This document shows positions 1-9,258 of a stretch of 64,000 bases of DNA, one piece after another. Position numbers and translations under genes: made by a program. The DNA comes from Acidimicrobiales bacterium (GTDB lineage: Bacteria > Actinomycetota > Acidimicrobiia > Acidimicrobiales > CATQHL01), in assembly GCA_965220035.1 (NCBI GenBank), contig CBDCPC010000002.1, forward strand, positions 1,466,151 to 1,530,150. The letters run 5' to 3'. Under the pieces are notes generated by a model. It searched no databases and had not been told where the DNA came from. It saw nothing but the letters and a program-made list of their open reading frames with translations. The stretch's first letter is position 1. The number at the start of each line of letters is the position of its first letter.

Positions 1-1
1 C

Positions 2-898
2 AAGTGGCGGGGCCGGTTCGCGTTGTGGCGCCTGGACGGGCTCGCCGATGAGCCGCGCCCGGGTGGGCCGCGCAGGATCAGCGACGCGCAGGTCGAGGAG
101 GTGATCGTGAGGACTCTTGAGGAGGCCCCGCCGGGGGCGACGCACTGGTCGACGCGGTCGATGGCCGCCGCGATGGGGATGTCGCAGACCGCTATCAGTC
201 GTATCTGGCGGGCCTTCGGTCTCAAGCCGCACCGCCTCGGGGAATTCAAGGTGTCCCCGGACCCGCAGTTCATCGACAAGGTACGCGACGTCGTGGGCCT
301 CTACTTGAACCCCCCGGAGGCCGCGGTGGTGTTCTGCGTGGACGAAAAGACCGGCATCCAGGCCCTGGATCGCACCGCGCCGATGCTGCCACTGATGCTC
401 GGGGTTCCCCAGAGGCGCACCCACGACTACCGCCGCTGCGGCACCACCAACCTCTACGCCGCCCTCGAGGTCGCCTCCGGGAAGGTCATCTCGACGATGA
501 CCGCACGGCACCGCTCCGAGGAGTTCCGCAAGTTCTTGAACCTCATCGACCGAGAGGTCCCCGCCCACCTCGCCGTGCACATCGTCTCCGACAACGTTTC
601 CACGCACAAGACCCCCACCATCCAACGCTGGCTCCTGCGCCACCCCCGCTTCAGCTTCCACTTCACGCCCACCTACAGCTCCTGGATGAACCTCGTCGAA
701 CGCTGGTTCTCCGAACTCACCACCAAATGGCTCCGCCGCGGCACCCACACCAGCGTCGGCGACCTCCAAGACTCCATCAACACCTGGATCGACGGCTGGA
801 ACCAGAACCCCAAACCCTTCACCTGGCACAAAACCGCCGACGACATCCTCGACACCCTCGCCGCATATCTTCAACGAATACCCGACTCAGGACACTAG
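2..898 (+). CDS. IS630-family DDE transposase, 5' end cut by window edge
   Basis: Listed ORF 23..898 (TTG start) stays open back to nt 2 (KWRGRFALWRLDGLADEPRPGGPRRI). HTH region then DDE core (VFCVDEKTG, HIVSDNVSTHKT, TPTYSSWMNLVERWF) typical of IS630/Tc1-like transposases. Confidence 0.85.
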   Translation, partial: KWRGRFALWRLDGLADEPRPGGPRRISDAQVEEVIVRTLEEAPPGATHWSTRSMAAAMGMSQTAISRIWRAFGLKPHRLGEFKVSPDPQFIDKVRDVVGLYLNPPEAAVVFCVDEKTGIQALDRTAPMLPLMLGVPQRRTHDYRRCGTTNLYAALEVASGKVISTMTARHRSEEFRKFLNLIDREVPAHLAVHIVSDNVSTHKTPTIQRWLLRHPRFSFHFTPTYSSWMNLVERWFSELTTKWLRRGTHTSVGDLQDSINTWIDGWNQNPKPFTWHKTADDILDTLAAYLQRIPDSGH

Positions 899-999
899 GT
901 GGCTGGTGTGGAATGGGTTGTTGTCTGGTGGCTCTTCGCACTCATACTGGTGATGTGTTCCCGGCGGGTGTGGTTGGGGTGTTGGGGGTGGGTGGGGGT

Positions 1000-2685
1000 T
1001 CAGGTGAGTGCCCAGTGGGTGGCGCGGGTGTGCAGTCCGAGCGCGCCGAGGCGGGCGATGTTGGCGGCTGCGGCGAGGAGGTTGAAGTCGGCGTCGACTT
1101 TGGGTTGGCCGCGCACGCGGGCGTGGCGGCCGCCGTGGTGTCGGCGCATGAGGTGCGCGAGTTTGCGTTCGACTTTGGGGCGGGTGGCGCGGTAGTCGTC
1201 GCGCCAGGCCGGGTTCTGTTGGCGCGCTCGGGACGCGGCGAGGGCGGTTTCGTGTGCGCCGATGCGTATGGTTCTGCCGGCTTTGGCGTCGGTGCAGTCG
1301 CCGCGGAGTTCGCAGTCGGCGCAGTCGGCGCCGAAGCGGGCGGTGCCGGCGCCGTCGGGGCGGTAGTTGATGGCGACGGTGACCTCGGCGGGGCAGGTGA
1401 CCGTCGCGGCGGCCAGGTCGACGCTGAAGCGGTCCTTGGTGAAGCGTCCCGCGGGCGCCTGCGGCGCTTGGGTGCGGCACTTGGAGTTGATGCGGTGCTC
1501 GCCGAGGAGGCTCTGGAAGTCGCCGCTGCCGTAGGCGCAGTCGCCGTAGACGGTGGGCCTGCCCGCGAAGTCCTCCACAACCTCCCCGGCGTCGCCGGCA
1601 GTGCCGGTGGTGCCGGTGGTGGTGGTGTCGGTGGTGGTGGTGTCGGCGGCGGCGGCGGCGGCGGCGGTGTCGGCGGTGAGCAGGTCGGCGATGAGTTCGG
1701 GGGCGGGTCGGGCGTCGGGGGCGTTGGCGGCGGTGACCGCGGTGGCGGTGATCAGCTCGGAGTCGGGGTCCGTGGCGATGTGGCCCTTGTAGCCGTCGAA
1801 GCCTCGTGCTGCGGTTTTGTGGCCGTGGCGGGCGTCGCGGTCCACCACCGAGATGATCCGGTCCCGCGCCACGCGCCGCGCGATCACCAGGCGCCCCTCG
1901 GGGTCCTCGCAGAGGTCCTGGCCCACAACGGCGGCCAACAACTCCCCGCCCTGCGCGACTTCGACGCTCAGCGCGCGACCCTCGAGGGCTTCGAGCACCG
2001 CCACGGCGTCGCCGGCGATGGTCGCCACGAGGGCCTCCCGCGCCGCCGCGTCGTCCCAGTCGCACGCCGGCTTGGACCGCGACGCATAGTCGCCGCCGGC
2101 GACGGCGCCCCGCACAATGGCCCCCAGATCGCGATCCGCGGCCTCGAACACGCCGCGGATCGCGGCGCGCAGCATCGTGACGGTGTCCTGGGTCGCGACC
2201 GCGTCGTAGATCGGCGCGGAGTCCAGCACCCGCCGCTGAGACAGCGCCCCCGCCGAGCGCGCCACCTCGAGGGTCGCGTCGAAGATCCGCCGCGGCGCAC
2301 CCGACGCCGCCAACCGGGCCCGCATCCCCACCAACACCGTATGGGAGAACCCGCCGCCGTCGACGTCCAAACCCCCGCACGCGTAACGCCAACGCGCATC
2401 GAACTCGAACGCCGCCACCGCCTCACGGTCCGACAAACCGAACCAGCGCTGCAACACCATCACCGTCGCCACCACCCGAGGCGGCACACTGCGCCGCCCC
2501 CGCGACGAGAACAAATCATCGAACATCCCCTCGGGAAACAACCGGGCACCCTCACCGAACAACACCGCAAAAATCGAACCAGGACCCACCCGCTCGCCCA
2601 CAAACCGCGTCCCCTTGAACAAATCAGCCTGACACGGCTCAACACCAACCGTCACAACACCAACCTCCCCACAACACCGAACCAC
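1000..2685 (-). CDS. IS1182-type (IS5-like) DDE transposase
   Basis: 561-aa ORF. N-terminal transposase domain (VMVLQRWFGLSDREAV), DDE-bearing core (VVDRDARHGHKTAARGFDGYKGH; TVYGDCAYGSGDF), Cys-rich block and KVERKLAHLMR...FNLLAAAANIARL tail. Family assigned from memory. Confidence 0.8.
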   Translation of the reverse strand: MVRCCGEVGVVTVGVEPCQADLFKGTRFVGERVGPGSIFAVLFGEGARLFPEGMFDDLFSSRGRRSVPPRVVATVMVLQRWFGLSDREAVAAFEFDARWRYACGGLDVDGGGFSHTVLVGMRARLAASGAPRRIFDATLEVARSAGALSQRRVLDSAPIYDAVATQDTVTMLRAAIRGVFEAADRDLGAIVRGAVAGGDYASRSKPACDWDDAAAREALVATIAGDAVAVLEALEGRALSVEVAQGGELLAAVVGQDLCEDPEGRLVIARRVARDRIISVVDRDARHGHKTAARGFDGYKGHIATDPDSELITATAVTAANAPDARPAPELIADLLTADTAAAAAAADTTTTDTTTTGTTGTAGDAGEVVEDFAGRPTVYGDCAYGSGDFQSLLGEHRINSKCRTQAPQAPAGRFTKDRFSVDLAAATVTCPAEVTVAINYRPDGAGTARFGADCADCELRGDCTDAKAGRTIRIGAHETALAASRARQQNPAWRDDYRATRPKVERKLAHLMRRHHGGRHARVRGQPKVDADFNLLAAAANIARLGALGLHTRATHWALT

Positions 2686-2742
2686 ACACCTGTAATTCTA
2701 CCAGACCACAACACCCCAAACGCCGAGAAAAACACCAGCCAC

Positions 2743-3986
2743 CTAGGGCGGAGCGCGGCCTGTGGCGGGCCTTGGAGCGGGGTGGCGGTCGTGGTCGCCG
2801 CCGGGTTCTTGTGGTGTGTTGGTCGGCGGGTGCGTGTCGGCGCGGCGGGTTCGGGCGCTGAGGTTGAGGTTGTAGATGACTGCGCGGGCGAGCGCTGCGA
2901 TGGCGCGGGGGATTCTGCTGAGCGACCGGCACGTTCCGGGGAGGAGTGCTCCTTTGTCGCCTATCTGGGAGTTGGTGTTCTCGATTTGGTTTCGCCTCCC
3001 GAAGCTGGCGCGGAATGCGGTGGTGCCGTAGGGGACGTTCTGGTAGTTGGCGAGTTGGTTGCTGTTGAGGGTGATGAGCCCGTCGCAGCAGTATTCGGTG
3101 GCGACGCCGCCGAGGTAGGGCACGGCGCCGCCGGCGCGGCGCTTTTGTGGGTTGCGGGTGCGTGCGTTGGTTTTGACGCGTCCGGCGCATTGGGGGCAGC
3201 GCATTTGGATCGCGCCGCCGCGCAGGTGCTGATGCGGCGAGTAGCGCCAGCGGCTGCGCTGGTCGTAGAACTCGGCTCGCTGTTGCTCGTCGGCCCCTTC
3301 GGGTGGTGTGTGGAGCGTTTCGGACACCCAGGAGGGCAGAACTGTGCCGCAGTGGTTGATCACGGGTTGTTGATGGCGGCCCGCGGTGACGGCTTTGGGG
3401 CGTGCGACTTCGGTGGTTCGGTAGTCCATGACGACGTCGAGGCCGCGTTCGCGCAGGTACCGCACGAAGTTGGTGCGTTTTTCGGTGTAGCCGCGGTCGG
3501 CGACGATCTCTCGGAGGTTGGGGGCGTGGCGGGTCGTGTCTTCAATGGCTTCGCGGCCGACGGTGCCGGGGTTCGTGGCGGCAGCGACGAACGCCAACGC
3601 GCAGATGTAGGAGGGCGTGGGGTCTTTGAGCGTGAGCCGGGTCGAGTCGCCGCTCCAGTGCGTGGCGCGCACCGCGACGGCGATGTGGAAGTCGTAGCCG
3701 AGGCCGAGGCCGGCAGGCCGTTTGGCGGTCGCAGAGTAGTAGCCGGCCCGCGCGTCACGGTCGGCGCTGCGGATGAGGCGACCGTCGTCGCCGATTGTGC
3801 CGATGGCTCCGGTGCCGTCGGGGGGTTGCGGTTCGGGTTCGGGAAGGTCGGGGATCTCCCGTGTAGCGAGGGCGTGTTGCGCGACGGCGTCGGGGGTGAA
3901 GTCCCGGGTGACGGCCCATGTGTGCACGAAGGTGCTGTCGAGCGCCACGGCGGTGATCTCCTGGCGTTGGTCGCGTGGGATGGTCA
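2743..3986 (-). pseudogene. C-terminal ~414 codons of a DDE transposase (family unassigned) split by IS1380
   Basis: Last 414 codons of listed ORF 2743..5115: SVTIPRDQRQEITAVALDSTFVHTW (D), IVADRGYTEKRTNF (D), FGRRNQIENTNSQIGDKG (E), Zn-ribbon-like RCPQCAGR. Above nt 3986 the same ORF runs antisense through IS1380 and is meaningless. Confidence 0.75.
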
Positions 3987-5658
3987 CTGAGCCTGAATCC
4001 ACCGTTTTGGCTGGGTGGGGGTGGGTTTGGTGGTGTTGGGGGCGGCCGGTTGGGTTGGCGGGGCGGTTCGGGGCGCGTGGATGGGCCGGTTGGGGGGGGT
4101 GTGGGGCGTGTTGGGGCGCTTGGGGTCGTGTGGGAGCCGTAGTGGGCCGGTTCGGGGCGCGTGGGGGTGTGGTGGGGCCGTGGTGGGCGGCGCTGGTGGG
4201 GGGTTCAGCAGAGTTGGGGCGGGGCGCGGGTGTTGGTGAGGTTGACCTGGAAGGTGGTTGCCCAGGGCCATCGTGCGGGTAGGCGCAGGAGGTGGCGTCC
4301 GGCGTGGTTGACGAGGCGCCCGGGCACGGCCAAGAGGCGGTTGCGGACGGTGCGTCCGACGGTGAGTTTGTTGTTGTGGCGGGTCTTGGCGAGTTGGCCG
4401 ATCCAGCGGTAGAGGTTGTGGGCGAGTGTGGCGCAGGCCAGCCAGGCGGCGTTGGCGGCGAAGTTCCCCGACGGCAGGTGCGCCGGGCCGGTGCTTTCTT
4501 TGAGGTCACGGATGGCGAGTTCGACGGTGGCGTGGGCGCGGTGATAGTGGTCAGCGGCGATGGTGTCGAGGTCGTCTCGGTTGGTGGTGAAGGCGTGGTA
4601 GCGCCAGTCGGGCCACAGTTCGGCCTGGGTTTGGTCGGTGAGTCGGGTGCGCCGCACCACGAGGCGCAGTTCGCGCTTGTTGCCGCGGCGCCCGGCGGCC
4701 AGGGTGGTTTCGGCGACGTGCGCTTCGCCGCCGGCGGTGTAAGCAATGGGCGCCCAGTGCGCCTCGGCGATGCTGTCGATGGCGGCTTTGACGTGGGAAT
4801 AGAGGGGGATCGTGATCGACCAGCGCACCTTTTTGGCGTCGAGGCGGTCAAAGAGGTCGTAGCTCCAGAACCCCGAGTCGGCGCGCACACACAGTTCGCC
4901 GACGGCGCCGGCGCGCCGGGCGCGGGCGACGGTCTCGACGACGAAATGCTCCTGGCCGCTTTGGGAGGACCCTTTGCGCAGCCGCGTGTGGAGTATCTCG
5001 CCGGTGTCGGCGCGCACCCCCACGAGGGGGTGATAGCCGAGCTGTTGGGTGTGCCCGTAGGCGGCGCCCGCCTTTTTCTTGCCGGACACTTCACAGACCG
5101 TCGAGTCCACGTCAATCGTCATCGGTTCGGCGCCGGGACCGCCGCCGGCCGCCCACGCCCGCCCGAGCACCTCACCGGCGGCCTTGTCCAACTGGCGGAC
5201 GTGACCCCACGTGAAGGCGCGCAGGAACGACCCCACCGTCGACGCCGCCGCCGGGCGGAACTCCAACACGCCAGCGGTCGCGCCCGCCCGCAGCCGGTCC
5301 ACGTGATCGATATGGGTGGCGCCCACCAGCATCGCCGCCACCAACGTCGCCACCTTGCGCCCCGGCGCCGCCGCCGCCACGCGGCGCCCCAGGCGCACCG
5401 ACGCGTCCACCACAGACACCACACCCAACCGCCCCAGCAACGTCGCCGCCGCCAACAAACCCGCATCAGCCACCAACGACTCGTCATCGAAGACCACCTC
5501 GAACCGGTCAATCTTGCGCGATACTCCACTCACAGGAAGTGCCTCCCGATCCGGGCCGAAAGCCGCGGTTACTTACGGCAATTCTCCCAGGTCAGAGAGG
5601 CACTTCCGCGCATTTACACCCCCCAACACCCAACCCCCATCGGTGGATCCAGGCTAAG
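3987..5658 (-). mobile_element. IS1380-family insertion sequence, copy 1 (about 1.67 kb), nested inside another transposase gene
   Basis: Terminal inverted repeats CTGAGCCTGAATCCACCG (3987..) and CGGTGGATCCAGGCTAAG (..5658), 1 mismatch in the core. Encloses transposase 4205..5533. Second copy at 10915..12566 has the same ends. Confidence 0.85.
4205..5533 (-). CDS. IS1380-family transposase
   Basis: 442-aa ORF; IDVDSTVCEVSGKKKAGAAYGHT, VRADSGFWSYDL, HATVELAIRDLKE, FAANAAWLACATLAHNLYRW. Paralog at 11113..12441. Confidence 0.9.
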   Translation of the reverse strand: MSGVSRKIDRFEVVFDDESLVADAGLLAAATLLGRLGVVSVVDASVRLGRRVAAAAPGRKVATLVAAMLVGATHIDHVDRLRAGATAGVLEFRPAAASTVGSFLRAFTWGHVRQLDKAAGEVLGRAWAAGGGPGAEPMTIDVDSTVCEVSGKKKAGAAYGHTQQLGYHPLVGVRADTGEILHTRLRKGSSQSGQEHFVVETVARARRAGAVGELCVRADSGFWSYDLFDRLDAKKVRWSITIPLYSHVKAAIDSIAEAHWAPIAYTAGGEAHVAETTLAAGRRGNKRELRLVVRRTRLTDQTQAELWPDWRYHAFTTNRDDLDTIAADHYHRAHATVELAIRDLKESTGPAHLPSGNFAANAAWLACATLAHNLYRWIGQLAKTRHNNKLTVGRTVRNRLLAVPGRLVNHAGRHLLRLPARWPWATTFQVNLTNTRAPPQLC

Positions 5659-6080
5659 AGTGTGCGCGTGAGCCACGCCAAGTCTCGGGTCTCGCCGCCA
5701 GCGGATGTCCAGCCGTCGCGCACCGCTAGCTCCAAGCGGCGGAGCTGTTTTTGGGTCGTGTGGTAGGAGACGGGTCGTCGGGTGTCTGCGTCGCAGAGGC
5801 CGAGCGTGTAGGCGATCGCGGCGTCGAAGCCGTTGATCACCGCGCAGATGTCGCTGCGGAGATAGTTCTTCTTCTCCTCGGCCGCCAACAGGACCGCCAC
5901 GAGCAGCGCCTCGACGTTCAGGCGCGACTTCGGCCCGGGATGGGCTCCGAGTCGTCGTTGCAGCTCCTCAGGACACCGGAGCGCCGCAGCATGTCCAGGT
6001 AGCGGCGCGCCCGCTGCGGGTCGGTGAGGCCTTCGGGCTTCAGTTGATCTACACGACTGGACTAGACGACATGGGGGCAC
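5659..6080 (-). pseudogene. N-terminal part of the IS1380-interrupted DDE transposase
   Basis: Frame of ORF 5592..6080 reads ...SRLNVEALLVAVLLAAEEKKNYLRSDICAVINGF...DLAWLTRTL up to the IS1380 right end at 5658. It joins in frame to SVTIPRDQ... at 3986. True start unclear; a second frame (LTDPQRARRYLDMLRRSGVL) hints at a 5' frameshift. Confidence 0.6.
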
Positions 6081-6226
6081 TCGCGTCGTTCAACAACATC
6101 ATCCGTCTCGACGGGCGCCAGAACCCACGTTCAGGCCGGGTGCATATCGTAGTCGACGGCGATCAAGCCAACAGCACCTACTTGGACTCGATTCGTCTGC
6201 AACAACACGGCCCAATCGCCGTATGA
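6044..6226 (+). other. 61-codon ORF, probable 3' remnant of the gene that preceded jetD (upstream partner destroyed by IS)
   Basis: Stop overlaps the jetD-like start in ATGA (6223..6226), implying translational coupling in an operon. The ORF abuts or overlaps the transposase pseudogene end at about 6040-6080. No recognisable domain. Confidence 0.35.
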
Positions 6227-7245
6227 CCCCCGCACAACAACTTGCAGCCGATCTGAGGACACGCTCTGCGGGCCGATTACGAGTGGACCGCCACCAGGTA
6301 TGGGAGGCGTTCACCGAACTTCGGCCCGACGATGCCCGCTCCGCTGACGCCCGTCAACGCCTGGCCAGCTTGCTCGTGGAAGCGAACCAAGCAGGCCTCA
6401 TCCGGTCATCGACTGCCACGGACCAGATCGCCCCGACACCCCTGCCCTGCTTCGTGACGCTGCTCAGCCCCGTCCAGTCACGGCCACCGATTCGCCGAAC
6501 CCCGTGGCGGCCCGAACTCGCATGGGCGAACAGGCTCACCCTCACAACCAAACAGCATGACGTGCTGGATCGAGTGAACCGCTGGCTCCGCGACGGCGGA
6601 GCGGATAGGCCTGTCGTCCCCGCGGAAGAACGGGCCATTGAACTCTTCGACGACGAGAAGGCCATCGCCGCGTTCGTCGGCGGGCAGACAACCCTGTGGG
6701 GCACAGGCCGCCTCGGCCCTGATTTGCTCCGATACGAGAATGTGCCGATGCCGTTCCCGTACCGCCAGGTTGGGGACGGACCACGTCTGCTCATGGTCGA
6801 GAACACAGCAGCTTTCCGATCCTGCTCGCGTGCACTCAATGAGACACGCCGACATCCCTATTTTGCGGTGGCTTTCGGGCAAGGGACATGGGCACCATCG
6901 ACTTTGGCGTCCATTCACGACCTCTCAGTCGCTATCGAAGCCGTTGACTACTGGGGAGACCTTGATGTCACCGGCCTGACCATAACCCGAAACGTGATCA
7001 ACGTGGGTGCCGATATCGGCGTCCCGACGCAAGCACACCCCGCCCTGTGGCGCCTGATGCTCGCCTGCAAGCCGAGTGCCCACAGCAAGGCCCCGAGGGC
7101 ATTCGACGCTTCTCTTGTGGAGGTGATTGCTGCGGATCTGCGCCCCATTGCGACTAGTGTGCTACGGGCACGAACTCGGATCGCCCAGGAGCGGGTGGGG
7201 TACGAGAGGCTTGCCGCAACTGAGTGGTGGTGGCATCCGACTTAG
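6223..7245 (+). CDS. jetD: JetD-like protein (DUF3322 + DUF2220/Toprim-like), Wadjet/MksG-type nuclease subunit, orphan
   Basis: C-terminal half carries the signature I associate with DUF2220: LLMVENTAAFRS, AVAFGQG, VDYWGDLDVTGLTI. Helical N-terminal half. No jetA/B/C-like ORFs anywhere in the window. Confidence 0.65.
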   Translation: MTPAQQLAADLRTRSAGRLRVDRHQVWEAFTELRPDDARSADARQRLASLLVEANQAGLIRSSTATDQIAPTPLPCFVTLLSPVQSRPPIRRTPWRPELAWANRLTLTTKQHDVLDRVNRWLRDGGADRPVVPAEERAIELFDDEKAIAAFVGGQTTLWGTGRLGPDLLRYENVPMPFPYRQVGDGPRLLMVENTAAFRSCSRALNETRRHPYFAVAFGQGTWAPSTLASIHDLSVAIEAVDYWGDLDVTGLTITRNVINVGADIGVPTQAHPALWRLMLACKPSAHSKAPRAFDASLVEVIAADLRPIATSVLRARTRIAQERVGYERLAATEWWWHPT

Positions 7246-7388
7246 TAACGGGCGCCTGCTGGTCTGGGCGGCTTGTGTGCTAGGGCGTTCCGTCTGGCGG
7301 CGGTGCAGTGCTGCCACCAGAGTTCATCGTGCAACGAGGGCCAGCCGCACTGGAGCTGACGGCGATCAGCGAAGTTCCCCAGAGCTGA

Positions 7389-7823
<435 letters not shown>

Positions 7824-8853
7824 CTAGATGGTTAGTTCCAAGGGGTCAGTGGTCGTAGGCGAGCAGGCTGCGGGCGGGGCTTGCTCTTGGGGTGGTTTGG
7901 TTGTGCCAGATGGCGGCGGTGAGGGCGAGGAGTCGTTGCAGGACGCGCGCGGCGACGCCGGCGGGGGTGCGCCCGCCGTGGCGTTCGAGGCCGAGTTGGG
8001 CTTTGAGGGTCTGGAAGACCGATTCGATGATCTGGCGGAACGGTCGCAGGAACCGCGCGCCGGGTCGTGGGGATTCTGTCTTGGTGGCGGGGCGGATCAA
8101 GGTGATGCCCGCGTCGGCGAGTTGTTCTTCGAAGGCGGCGCTGCGGTAGCCCTTGTCCGCGATGAGGGTCTGGCCCCGCCGGGTGAGGTCGCCGTGGGTG
8201 ATCATGTCCCAACAGATGTCGCGTTCGTCGGCTTTGGCGCCGGCGAGCGCGAAGGCGATCGGCAGACCAGACGGTGTGGCGAGCAGGTGCAGGCGCAGTC
8301 CCCAGAACCAGCGGGAGTGGCTGGCGCTGTAACCGTAGGTGGCCCATCCCGCCAGGTCAGAGCGCTGCTGGGTCTCGCGGCTGCGCCCGCAGGGCACCGG
8401 CGTGGAGTCCACGAGCCACACGTCGTCGTACCACGACGGGCAGTCGCGTGCCAGCGCGGCCATCACGCGGGCCATCAGTTCGCCGCTGCGGCGCAGGCGC
8501 TTGTTGTAACCCGACCGCTCGGGCAGATAGGGGAACCACGGCCTCAGGTGTTCTCTGGCGTAACGCACGAAACGCGCTTCGGAGTCGAACCCCAACAACG
8601 CTTGCAACGCCGCCAGAGAAACCAACTCCGCATCCGACAGCTCCGGCGCGAGACCCACCGCGGGCCGCGGCGGCGCCCACTGCGGATGCGCCACCAACAA
8701 ATCATCAACCGTCACGTACAGTGCAGTCGCGAGGGTGTCCAAGTCTGGGTTCATGCCAAGGTCCTCCAGGATCGGGGGCTGTTTCACCCCCAGATCTTGG
8801 ACACCCCCAACCACCCAACCGCGGACCCCCACCCCTTGGAACTACTCATCTAG
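7824..8853 (-). mobile_element. IS982-family insertion sequence, copy 1 (1030 bp)
   Basis: Ends CTAGATGGTTAGTTCCAAGGGGT (7824..) and ACCCCTTGGAACTACTCATCTAG (..8853) are near-perfect inverted repeats. Same ends at 32729..33758 and 35849..36878. Confidence 0.9.
7846..8754 (-). CDS. IS982-family transposase
   Basis: Start moved to MNPDLDTL (8754), the start used by copy 3. LVDSTPVPCGRSRE, LIADKGYRSAAFE, RQIIESVFQTLKAQLGLERH. N-terminal half is identical in translation to copy 2; C-terminal half resembles copy 3. Confidence 0.9.
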   Translation of the reverse strand: MNPDLDTLATALYVTVDDLLVAHPQWAPPRPAVGLAPELSDAELVSLAALQALLGFDSEARFVRYAREHLRPWFPYLPERSGYNKRLRRSGELMARVMAALARDCPSWYDDVWLVDSTPVPCGRSRETQQRSDLAGWATYGYSASHSRWFWGLRLHLLATPSGLPIAFALAGAKADERDICWDMITHGDLTRRGQTLIADKGYRSAAFEEQLADAGITLIRPATKTESPRPGARFLRPFRQIIESVFQTLKAQLGLERHGGRTPAGVAARVLQRLLALTAAIWHNQTTPRASPARSLLAYDH

Positions 8854-8946
8854 GTGTCCCCGAACGGCCGCACTCAGACGTATGTTCCCGAGCGGGTATA
8901 CGGCTGGGGGTGTTCCCGTTCGGGAACTGCCGCTAGGCTGGCATGG

Positions 8947-9258
8947 ATGACTATGCACTCCCCCCAGCAACCCGCCGCGCGTAGCTACCGACATCTCAAT
9001 CGCCCTCGAGACGTCGGTGCTGCTCTCGCAGCGTTGCGTCGATCCATGGGCATGACGCAGGGCGAACTTGCCGATCGGGCATCGGTAACGCGCAAGTGGA
9101 TTTCGCAGATGGAGAACGGCAAGGCCACGGCGCAGGTCGGTGTGCTGTGCCGGGTGTTGGGTGCTCTCAACGCGCGTCTAGAGATCGTGCATATGCCCCC
9201 GCAGCGCCCGTCGTTGCGAGACCTCGTGTTCGCGCCCCTCGAAGAGCCTAGCCCGTGA
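8947..9258 (+). CDS. hipB: XRE-family HTH antitoxin (HipB-like)
   Basis: In-frame ATG 8947 within ORF 8854..9258. HTH MTQGELADRASVTRKWISQMENGK. Stop overlaps the hipA GTG start (GTGA at 9255..9258). Confidence 0.8.
   Translation: MTMHSPQQPAARSYRHLNRPRDVGAALAALRRSMGMTQGELADRASVTRKWISQMENGKATAQVGVLCRVLGALNARLEIVHMPPQRPSLRDLVFAPLEEPSP

Noticed and set aside
727-3990. 1087-aa plus-strand ORF spanning IS630 end, IS1182 and another transposase
   Set aside because: It lies antisense to, or overlaps, well-supported transposase genes. Its composition is low-complexity Gly/Ala/Val/Arg-rich, typical of spurious open frames in about 70% GC DNA. It has no motifs.
3987-5115. Upstream 376 codons of listed ORF 2743..5115
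   Set aside because: This part runs through the IS1380 element in a frame other than its transposase and is Pro/Ala/Thr-rich nonsense. Only the segment below 3986 is real coding sequence.
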